NCBI GenBank assembly: GCA_947303895.1
Contig: CAMYZQ010000001.1
Location: forward strand, 5,779 to 69,778
Length of the DNA stretch: 64,000 bases
Source: an uncultured Bacillota bacterium
GTDB lineage: Bacteria; Bacillota_I; Bacilli_A; RF39; UBA660
Direction of reading: 5' to 3'
Shown piece by piece: positions 38,682-46,295 of this stretch. Under the pieces are notes generated by a model. The model had not been told where the DNA came from. It did no database searches and saw only the letters and a program-made list of their open reading frames with translations. The translations under genes were made by a program, and so were the position numbers. Numbering within the stretch: position 1 is the stretch's first letter; the number at the start of each line of letters is the position of its first letter.

Positions 38682-39734
38682 ATGGAACCGAATTTTGATT
38701 TTGATAAATGTGCTGAATTAACTAAAAATGGAAAATGGTTTTCACAATTATTGTATGATAGGGCTTATGATATAATAAAAGATGATTGTTTCCCTATAGT
38801 TATACCATCATATAATAGGCCAAAAAATAAGCTTTTAAGAATGTTTAAAAATAATAATATTGATAATTATAATTTTCAAGCTTATTATTTGGTTAGGGAA
38901 TCTCAGAAAGAAGAGTATGAAGCAGAAGTAGTTAATATAAAAAATGTACATATTATTACTGCACCTGATGATTTAATAAATGGTGCAGGTAAAGCTCGAA
39001 TAGAAATTATTAAAAGATTTAACGGAAATATATTTTTATTTGATGATGATATTCAGCAAGTTTGTTTTACTACACCTACATATACTCCAAAAGGTGGTTG
39101 CAGATTTGGTACTAAATATAATCCTACAGATTTATTTAAAATATTATCTATGTGGCAGCTAACTTATATGGTTGTAAAAGAAAAATATCCAGAAATAGTT
39201 GGTAGTAATCTACCTTGCACAGCTCATACTTGGCCAGTAACACCAAATCATCTACCACAATATTCAGTAGAGTTTAATAGGGGCCCATTTGCAGTATTAA
39301 CTATATGCGATGTAGATAAACTTAAAGAAAATAATTTAACATATAGAGATAATTCTTTTGGTCATGAGGATTTGGATTTACAATTCAGGTGCTTAATGGC
39401 AGGGTTAAAATTTATTAGAATTAATTTTATAGGTTATGTGGCAGATCCCCCTAATCCAGAGTTTAATGGGGATAAGTCTGCTTCTGCAATGGAACGATAT
39501 GAAAAGCAATATAATCAAATGCTACCATATTTCAAAGATGTGCCTTGGATAAAAACAAGAGAGCAAAAGGGATTAAAAATGCTAGCTGTTGATTACAGAA
39601 AATATTCTGAATGTATGGGTGCTGACCCTAAAATAAATCCTGTAAAATTATTGCAAGAAAAATATCCTATTTTCAATGATATAGAAACAGTTGAATTGTA
39701 TGGAAAAACTAAACATAAATTAGATCTTTTTTAA
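38682..39734 (+). CDS. GT-A-fold (family-2-like) glycosyltransferase-like protein, paralog of 50935..51795
   Basis: The N-terminal FPIVIPSYNRPKN (h-h-h-h-P-(S/T)-YNR motif) and FLFDDD (DxD-like); the same arrangement as in ORF 50935 (FAIFILSHGRPDE ... AEFEDDYL). Confidence 0.4.
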   Translation: MEPNFDFDKCAELTKNGKWFSQLLYDRAYDIIKDDCFPIVIPSYNRPKNKLLRMFKNNNIDNYNFQAYYLVRESQKEEYEAEVVNIKNVHIITAPDDLINGAGKARIEIIKRFNGNIFLFDDDIQQVCFTTPTYTPKGGCRFGTKYNPTDLFKILSMWQLTYMVVKEKYPEIVGSNLPCTAHTWPVTPNHLPQYSVEFNRGPFAVLTICDVDKLKENNLTYRDNSFGHEDLDLQFRCLMAGLKFIRINFIGYVADPPNPEFNGDKSASAMERYEKQYNQMLPYFKDVPWIKTREQKGLKMLAVDYRKYSECMGADPKINPVKLLQEKYPIFNDIETVELYGKTKHKLDLF

Positions 39735-39743
39735 ATTATTGTA

Positions 39744-39772
39744 TTTACTTTTAATGATTTATACATTATAAT
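39744..39772 (+). promoter_or_regulatory. sigma-70-like promoter TTTACT-N17-TATAAT
   Basis: -35 tttact 39744-39749, a 17-nt spacer, -10 tataat 39767-39772; ~45 nt upstream of the small ORF at 39817. Confidence 0.35.
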
Positions 39773-39816
39773 AATAATGTAATCAAGGGATATTAATATG
39801 TAAGGAGGGTACAATA

Positions 39817-39954
39817 ATGGCTAAGAGTAAGACTCGTGGGTGGTATGTATTTGAAGATGGATACACTTGCTGGTATCATGGTCTTTCCGCACAAGAGAAG
39901 AAGATAGAAATTCTCAAGCACGGAAAAATTGTAAAGTTTGCTCCTACAGATTGA
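39817..39954 (+). CDS. small protein (45 aa), GC-richer than its surroundings; not in the 60-aa-or-longer ORF track
   Basis: ATG preceded by the near-perfect SD AAGGAGGG at a 7-nt spacing; ~40% GC against ~28% locally; codons CGT, GGG, TCC, CTC and CAC are rare elsewhere in the window; sequence MAKSKTRGWYVFEDGYTCWYHGLSAQEKKIEILKHGKIVKFAPTD. Confidence 0.45.
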   Translation: MAKSKTRGWYVFEDGYTCWYHGLSAQEKKIEILKHGKIVKFAPTD

Positions 39955-40004
39955 TTAAAATTGTAAAGCTATAGTTAAACATACAATATAAAGGAGGATC
40001 TATT

Positions 40005-40583
40005 ATGTTTATCGGAGCTAATGTAAATCACAAAAATACAGCTAAATTCGGAACTGGTGTAATTACAGATCTTGAAATTAACCCAGAAGATCAGCTTAAA
40101 TCCAAAGTTTCAGTTCAGTTTAATAATGGTGCTTTTTCAAAATTTTCTATAAAAGCATTTGAAGAGAATGGTTTTTTCACTACAGACGATGAGGACATAA
40201 TACCATTTGTAGAAAAGTTGAAAGTTGAGTCCGAAGAAAAGCGCAAAGCTGAACTGAAAAGAAAAGCAGAATCAATCGTTTATGTACCAAGCTATGATAT
40301 TAATGAATACGATAAAGAGGTTACTAAAGAAGATTGGATAAAAGCTGCTGAAGTGGCTGGTAATCATAGATTTCCTAATGAGTCAAGAGCTGTGGTTATG
40401 GATTCTGATCTTATATTTATTAATGCATCTGCAGCTATGCGATATATGGGATCAAGAATTAAAGACTGTGATAAAATATATAAAGCTTGCGAAAATAATA
40501 ATAAATTCCAGGGACATAGTTGGAGCTATGCTTCAAGAGATGCAATAGATCATATAATAAGTTTGTTTGAAGAAGGACATTAA
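40005..40583 (+). CDS. hypothetical protein (192 aa)
   Basis: ATG preceded by SD AAAGGAGGA; no motif. Confidence 0.5.
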   Translation: MFIGANVNHKNTAKFGTGVITDLEINPEDQLKSKVSVQFNNGAFSKFSIKAFEENGFFTTDDEDIIPFVEKLKVESEEKRKAELKRKAESIVYVPSYDINEYDKEVTKEDWIKAAEVAGNHRFPNESRAVVMDSDLIFINASAAMRYMGSRIKDCDKIYKACENNNKFQGHSWSYASRDAIDHIISLFEEGH

Positions 40584-40825
40584 GTGAATTAAAAGAACCT
40601 TTTTATATTAATTATAAAATAAATAAAACAAAGCTAGATAAATATAGTTGTAATGAAGTTGCAGAGCTATATTTATCTAGTTCTTCTTTAGAAGATAAAA
40701 ATGCATATACAAGTTTTTTACTTTGTAATGCTTGGAATCTTTTACAAAGAATATATTATGTTGGTAATAATGCAAAGTTATCTTGTGAAGAATGCTATGA
40801 CATATTTATACAAACATTTCAATAT

Positions 40826-41380
40826 GTGATAGAAAATCATGTGTGGGATAATCCTAATAGTACCTTATATAAAGATGAAAATGCTTTTATGAAGGCTATG
40901 GCTGTTACTATACAGTGTAGAAAGAAAAACTATATAGAATCAAAGTTTAAACAAAAGAGAATTATAAATAATAATATAATTTCTTTAGATAGTTTATATG
41001 ATGATTATGTTGATGGTTACTTTACTCAAACAGAAGAACCAGAATATAGTATATCAGACTATATACTAGAAGAAAAGATACATTATTATTTTATTAATAA
41101 ATGTTATTTAACAGCATTTATACTTGATGGTATACTATATGATAATGTGTATGATGAGCATAATAATCTTGATTTAAGGAAATTAAGAAAGTATTTAAGA
41201 AATATTAATGATGATTTCTGTAAATATTTTTCATACAAATACAATTTAATTTTTGATGAGGTTAAAAATAGTTTGGTTACATTTGATAGTGATAATCAAG
41301 CATTATTTGATAAAAAGATTAATACTTCATTTATAACTTTAAAAAATGATGATACAATAAAACAAATATTAGATATATAG
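40826..41380 (+). CDS. hypothetical protein; the coding potential continues upstream to 40571 with no canonical start (possible sigma-factor region-2-like protein of >=270 aa)
   Basis: The track start is a GTG with no SD; the same frame is stop-free for 85 codons upstream (40571-40825) and translates into protein-like sequence (…CEECYDIFIQTFQYVIENHVWDNPNSTLYKDENAFMKAMAVTIQCRKK…). Confidence 0.4.
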   Translation: MIENHVWDNPNSTLYKDENAFMKAMAVTIQCRKKNYIESKFKQKRIINNNIISLDSLYDDYVDGYFTQTEEPEYSISDYILEEKIHYYFINKCYLTAFILDGILYDNVYDEHNNLDLRKLRKYLRNINDDFCKYFSYKYNLIFDEVKNSLVTFDSDNQALFDKKINTSFITLKNDDTIKQILDI

Positions 41381-41390
41381 GGGAAGTTTA

Positions 41391-42083
41391 ATGCTTGTAG
41401 AACTTTTAAGTCAGTCTAATTATCAATCGTTTAATATTAAATTAGCTCAACTGCTCGGATTGGAATCAGCAATATATCTTAGTGCTTTAATAGATATAAA
41501 TGAAAAAGCATTTAGAAAAAATAAGATTATAGATCATGGCTTTTTTATGGTTGATAGAGATTATATAAAAGCAAGAACTACATTAACTAAATCAAAACAA
41601 GAAAAAATAGAATGTGAATTAAACAAACTTGGTATACTAGAATTAAGTAATGATCATTTAAAAATTAATCTTGAAATTTTAACATCATTGGTGTTAGAAG
41701 AAAATGAAGAGATAAGAAGAGATTTGTCAAATTTCAGAAAAGCTGCTAATTCAAAGAATAAGGGTGATTATATTCTTGAAAATGTAAAAAAGAATATTGA
41801 TACTAAATTGCCAATGGAATTACAACAAGCTTATGCTAATTGGCTTGATTCTGTATATTCAAAGATTAATTTTGTTAATAAACAAACATTGTTTAATGCA
41901 CAGAAAGAGGTTGATGCTGCTTCAAATCATAATTTAGATGTAGCATTAGATATCATAAATATAGCTGCAGCTAGTGGCTGGAAAGATATGAAGTGGGCAG
42001 TAAAAGTTTACAAAGAAAGACACCCAAATTATAATGTAATAGATATGAAAGCTGTAGATGTAGATTGGAGTACAAGTTACTAA
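41391..42083 (+). CDS. DnaD-like replication initiation / replisome organiser protein
   Basis: The N-terminal IKLAQLLGLESAIYLSALIDINEK...GFFMVDRDYIKARTTLTKSKQEKIECELNKLGILEL resembles DnaD or phage replisome-organiser winged-helix N-domains; it is followed by DnaC- and DnaB-like genes. Confidence 0.45.
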   Translation: MLVELLSQSNYQSFNIKLAQLLGLESAIYLSALIDINEKAFRKNKIIDHGFFMVDRDYIKARTTLTKSKQEKIECELNKLGILELSNDHLKINLEILTSLVLEENEEIRRDLSNFRKAANSKNKGDYILENVKKNIDTKLPMELQQAYANWLDSVYSKINFVNKQTLFNAQKEVDAASNHNLDVALDIINIAAASGWKDMKWAVKVYKERHPNYNVIDMKAVDVDWSTSY

Positions 42084-42787
42084 TGGTAGATTGTTTTACA
42101 AAAGATACTTGTAAATTATATAATTCAGAAGAAGATACTTGTCCATATATGAATAGCGAGATAAAGATATGTATGAGACAATATAAAATTAATTATTTAT
42201 TGGATCAAGCATTATTATCTGAAGCTCAAAAAACAAGAAAAGCTCTTCTTCTTGATGTAAATAAAGTTGATTTACAAGCGTTTACAGAGTTAAATACAAT
42301 AAAAACTAATATTGTATCATTTGCTAAAAATGGCAATAATTTGTATATATACTCTAAAATTCCAGGTAATGGTAAAACAAGTTGGGCAATAAAGTTAATT
42401 CAATCTTATATTAATAAAATATGGGCAGAATCTCAATTAACTTGCAGAGTACTGTTTATAAATGTGCCTAAATTTTTATTAGCGTTGAAAGCAAGTATAT
42501 CAACTCATAGTGATTATATAGATCATATAAATACATTTGTAAATAGTGCTGATATTGTTGTTTGGGACGATATTGGTACTAAAGTAGCAACTGAGTTTGA
42601 ACACGAACATCTATTAAGTTTAATAGACTCAAGACTATTAGATAATAAATCCAATATATTTACAAGCAATATAGTACCTAATGAACTTAGTACTTTTGTT
42701 GGGGATAGATTAGCTAGTAGAATTATAAATACAGCAACAAATATAGAATTTTTAGGAATGGATAAGAGAGGTATAAGGCTGAAATGA
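42065..42787 (+). CDS. DnaC/IstB-like AAA+ helicase loader
   Basis: Walker A GNGKTSWA, Walker B IVVWDDIG, with helicase-loader-like spacing; located upstream of a DnaB-like gene. Confidence 0.65.
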   Translation: MEYKLLMVDCFTKDTCKLYNSEEDTCPYMNSEIKICMRQYKINYLLDQALLSEAQKTRKALLLDVNKVDLQAFTELNTIKTNIVSFAKNGNNLYIYSKIPGNGKTSWAIKLIQSYINKIWAESQLTCRVLFINVPKFLLALKASISTHSDYIDHINTFVNSADIVVWDDIGTKVATEFEHEHLLSLIDSRLLDNKSNIFTSNIVPNELSTFVGDRLASRIINTATNIEFLGMDKRGIRLK

Positions 42788-44049
42788 TACAACTTCAAGT
42801 TTTAAATCATTTGTTAGATACTAAAGACAGCTCTATGCTTCTTATGAATAATATTACAGATGAATTCTTTTCTGATTATAAAGAAGAATATGAGTTTATA
42901 TGTAATCATTTAAATGAGTATGGTAGTATACCTGATAAATTAACTTTTCTTGATAAGTTTCCTAATTTTGATATAGTTGAAGTTAATGAGTCTTCAGATT
43001 ATTTAATAGATAAATTATATGATGATCGTAATACTAGAAAATTAGCTGAAATATTTAATGGTATTCGTGAGCTTTTAACTAAGGGTGATATAGATGCAGC
43101 TATGCAATTATATACTTCTTCAAGTGAAGCAGTAGTAAAAGCTAAGCATATTGAAGCTGTAGATATATTAAGAAATACTGAACGATATGATGCTTATATT
43201 GAAAGGTGTGAGAATTTTGATAAGTATTATGTTAAAACAGGTTTCAAGGAATTAGATGAAATTATAGGTGGTTGGGATAGACAAGAAGAATTAGCAACTA
43301 TTGTAGCAAGATCAAATCAGGGAAAATCTTGGGTATTATTTAAATGTGCAGTTGCTGCAGTAGAGCAGGGACTGAATGTTGGTATTTATTCTGGAGAAAT
43401 GAGTGAAAGAAAAGTTGGTTATAGAATTGATACACTTATAGCTAATATTTCTAATACAGCACTAACTAAAGGAGATAGAACTGTTCAGAATGAATATAAA
43501 AGATATTTAGATAATTTACCTAATAAATATAAGGGGTTTTTAAAAGTTCTTACTCCAAATATGATAGATGGTCCAGCTGGAGTGTCAGCGCTAAGAGCAT
43601 TTATTGAAAAAGAAAATTTAGATATATTGTTTATAGACCAACATTCTTTGCTTGAAGATGATAGACACGCGAGATCACCTGTAGAAAAAGCTTCAAATAT
43701 TTCTAAAGATTTAAAAAATCTTCAAGTGCTTAAGAAAATTCCAATTATATCGGTTTCTCAGCAAAATAGGTCTTCAACAGAAAATGGTGTTGGACTTGAG
43801 CATATTGCACAAGCAGATAGAATTGGACAAGATAGCACTATTGTAATATTTTTTGAACAGAAAAATGGTTTGATGACTTTACATCTTATAAAGTCAAGAG
43901 ATTCTGCTAATATGAAAGATATAACATATCTTATTGATTTAAACAAAGGTATGTTTACATATGTTCCTGAAGAAGCAAACGCATTAGATGGAGAAGGTAC
44001 ACAAGAATTAAGGGCTGAGTTTAATGAAGAAGGAGAAGATATATTCTAA
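42784..44049 (+). CDS. DnaB-family replicative helicase
   Basis: GFKELDEIIGGW (H1), Walker A ARSNQGKSW, FIDQHSLL (Walker B-like), RecA-like C-terminal domain; 421 aa. Confidence 0.8.
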   Translation: MIQLQVLNHLLDTKDSSMLLMNNITDEFFSDYKEEYEFICNHLNEYGSIPDKLTFLDKFPNFDIVEVNESSDYLIDKLYDDRNTRKLAEIFNGIRELLTKGDIDAAMQLYTSSSEAVVKAKHIEAVDILRNTERYDAYIERCENFDKYYVKTGFKELDEIIGGWDRQEELATIVARSNQGKSWVLFKCAVAAVEQGLNVGIYSGEMSERKVGYRIDTLIANISNTALTKGDRTVQNEYKRYLDNLPNKYKGFLKVLTPNMIDGPAGVSALRAFIEKENLDILFIDQHSLLEDDRHARSPVEKASNISKDLKNLQVLKKIPIISVSQQNRSSTENGVGLEHIAQADRIGQDSTIVIFFEQKNGLMTLHLIKSRDSANMKDITYLIDLNKGMFTYVPEEANALDGEGTQELRAEFNEEGEDIF

Positions 44050-44237
44050 TGACTGAAATTTTTGATAATGAAGCAAGTTCATTAAGAGATTTTATTAGAT
44101 TTCACTTTATAGAAAGTATAAGGAATGATCCTGATGTTGATTCACTCTTGTATATTTGGAACATTTTAAGTTTTTATGAAAGAACGGGTGGATTTAATGA
44201 AGATGGGTATATAGATTATGAACCTCATAATAAATAA
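44049..44237 (+). CDS. hypothetical small protein (62 aa)
   Basis: ORF bridging the helicase and primase genes. Confidence 0.35.
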   Translation: MTEIFDNEASSLRDFIRFHFIESIRNDPDVDSLLYIWNILSFYERTGGFNEDGYIDYEPHNK

Positions 44238-45195
44238 TCATGTAATAGATAGTGATTTATATACTATATTAGATAAAATAAGAATAGAAACAAATAATAG
44301 ATATTTGGGGCGTATAGTAAATCATGGAGATAATATAGCTATATCTTGTCCATTTCATAAAGATGGTATGGAAAGACACCCTTCGTGTTTTGTATATGCA
44401 TTAAATGATAATGACAATGTACCATTTGGATTTTTTAGATGTTTTACTTGTGGTTCTCAAGGACAATTATATGAATTAGTAGCATATTGTCTTGGTTATG
44501 GTATTGAGGAAGCTAAAGAATGGTTAATAGATAATTTTTCAAAAACATTAACTGATTCTGTAATATCGTTACCTGAAATAACTTTAACTAAAGAAAAGAA
44601 AACATATTTAAATGAAGATATTCTTAATGAATATGCATATTTCCACCCATATATGTTTCAACGAGGACTAACTGAGAATATAATTAAAAAATTTAAAGTT
44701 GGTTGGGATCCAAATTTAGATACTATAACTTTTCCGGTTTGGGACGAAAATAGTAATTTATTAGGTATAACTAGAAGGAATGTAAAAAATAAATATTTTC
44801 ATATTCCAGAAAGTATTGGTAAGCCAGTTTATTTACTAAACTTTGTAAAAAGAGAAAATATAACAGAAGTAATAGTTTGTGAAAGTCAAATTGATGCTTT
44901 ATATTGTTGGAGTTTGGATATGCCAGCAGTAGCATTGTTAGGTACTGGCACTAAAAAGCAATATGACATATTGAAAAATTCTGGCATAAGAATATTTCAT
45001 TTAGCATTAGATGGTGATTTAGCAGGTAGGCATGGAATTTTAAGATTTATAGAAAATATGCCTGATAATATATTTATGGATATTATGCTAATACCTGATG
45101 GTAAAGACATCAATGATTTATCATATGAAGAAATACAAAATTTAAAAAGAGTTGATAAAAGAGATTATTTACAAGACATAAATATTAATGTATAA
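44218..45195 (+). CDS. DnaG-type DNA primase (CHC2 zinc finger + TOPRIM)
   Basis: CPFHKDGMERHPSC (CHC2); TOPRIM E in VIVCESQIDALYCW and DxD in LALDGDLAG. Confidence 0.8.
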   Translation: MNLIINNHVIDSDLYTILDKIRIETNNRYLGRIVNHGDNIAISCPFHKDGMERHPSCFVYALNDNDNVPFGFFRCFTCGSQGQLYELVAYCLGYGIEEAKEWLIDNFSKTLTDSVISLPEITLTKEKKTYLNEDILNEYAYFHPYMFQRGLTENIIKKFKVGWDPNLDTITFPVWDENSNLLGITRRNVKNKYFHIPESIGKPVYLLNFVKRENITEVIVCESQIDALYCWSLDMPAVALLGTGTKKQYDILKNSGIRIFHLALDGDLAGRHGILRFIENMPDNIFMDIMLIPDGKDINDLSYEEIQNLKRVDKRDYLQDININV

Positions 45196-45248
45196 TATAA
45201 AATATAAACTAATGCCAAAGAGATTAAATTAATTAAAAGGAGAATAAT

Positions 45249-46052
45249 ATGGCACAGATTAGTTATGATGAAGTTACTTCAAGAAATGATGCAGAATTTG
45301 ATGTTGGTTTTTTCTCACTTAAATCTGACGGAGATGAAGCTATTGTAAGAATTCTTTGTGATCAGGTATCTGACCTCGAAATTCTTACTGTACACCCTGT
45401 TACTGTAGGTAATAGTTCATTCCCTAACAGAAATGTTAACTGTATCAGAACACCGCATGATCCACTTGATAAGTGTCCATTCTGTAATTCTGGTGAAAAG
45501 GTAAAGCAGAGAGTATTTATTAAGATGCTACAGTATGATCCAAATACAAGGGAACCTATTGCTGTAGTGTGGGATAGACCTGCAGGAGTATTTGTACCAA
45601 AGCTTAAGAGTTATATTGATAACTATGGTCCACTTACAAATATTATGTGCAAGATTATCAGACATGGTTCAGGTCTTGATACAACATATGATATTATTCC
45701 AAACCTTAACCCACAGGTTTATACTACAGAAGCTTATAGAGTAGATACATCAGCATTTAATGATTTTTCAGTACTTGGTAGAATGGTACTTGATAAAACG
45801 GCTGATGAGATGATTACTTATATGAGAACAGGTAGTTTTCCAGAAAGAGTAAAGGAATCTTCTGCAGTACCTAATACTAATTGGGCACCACCTACTTCTG
45901 CTGGCAACCCAAATCAGTATCAGACATTTACTACAGCAGAAACTAACCCTAATATGGCACCAACGCCAATACCTAATGGGTATGAACAGCCATATGGTGG
46001 TCCAGCCCCAATGGATCAGGGAAGCTTGCAAAGGCCAACTAGATATTACTAA
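45249..46052 (+). CDS. single-stranded DNA-binding protein, T4 gp32-like
   Basis: AIVRILCDQ...H...CIRTPHDPLDKCPFCNSG resembles the gp32 zinc-binding subdomain; the C-terminus is a low-complexity P/Q/N/G-rich tail; SD AAAGGAGAA upstream; a terminator follows. Confidence 0.5.
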   Translation: MAQISYDEVTSRNDAEFDVGFFSLKSDGDEAIVRILCDQVSDLEILTVHPVTVGNSSFPNRNVNCIRTPHDPLDKCPFCNSGEKVKQRVFIKMLQYDPNTREPIAVVWDRPAGVFVPKLKSYIDNYGPLTNIMCKIIRHGSGLDTTYDIIPNLNPQVYTTEAYRVDTSAFNDFSVLGRMVLDKTADEMITYMRTGSFPERVKESSAVPNTNWAPPTSAGNPNQYQTFTTAETNPNMAPTPIPNGYEQPYGGPAPMDQGSLQRPTRYY

Positions 46053-46061
46053 TCATAGTTA

Positions 46062-46095
46062 AAGCCAGGGGCTAATAACTCCTGGCTTATTTTTA
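46062..46095 (+). terminator. rho-independent terminator after the SSB gene
   Basis: 8-bp GC-rich stem aagccagg (46062-46069) / cctggctt (46081-46088), an 11-nt loop, then atttttaag. Confidence 0.6.
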
Positions 46096-46106
46096 AGATT
46101 TACAAA

Positions 46107-46295
46107 ATGAGTATGAAATTATATAATGAAGCAAAAGAATTGTTCGGTGATATGGTTGATTTAACTGAAGAAGAATCCAAAGCATATGCTGAATATATCA
46201 ATAGTATTTCAGAGCCAGTTAATGGTAGAACATTTTGGGAGATATTAGATGAATTTGTGGGGAGAGGAGTTTGTTCTAGAGACAACTCAAAATAA
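46107..46295 (+). CDS. hypothetical small protein (62 aa) overlapping the polymerase start
   Basis: ORF; overlaps 46249..48684 by 47 nt in a different frame. Confidence 0.3.
   Translation: MSMKLYNEAKELFGDMVDLTEEESKAYAEYINSISEPVNGRTFWEILDEFVGRGVCSRDNSK

Noticed and set aside
39735-40004. A tRNA or small RNA in the 270-bp intergenic region
   Set aside because: No cloverleaf or acceptor-stem complementarity was found. The region is better explained by a promoter, a strong SD and a 45-aa ORF.
40566-40583. A classical slippery site for -1 fusion of ORF 40005 with the open frame upstream of 40826
   Set aside because: The 10-nt window where both frames are open (gaagaaggacat) has no X_XXY_YYZ motif. 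This makes an indel or a non-canonical start at least as likely. It is kept as a finding but not called as a frameshift.
46107-46295. The 62-aa ORF as an N-terminal extension of the DNA polymerase joined by a frameshift
   Set aside because: The polymerase has its own ATG at 46249 and the exonuclease domain begins soon after. There is no homopolymer in the 47-nt overlap. It is treated as a separate small gene or an artefact.
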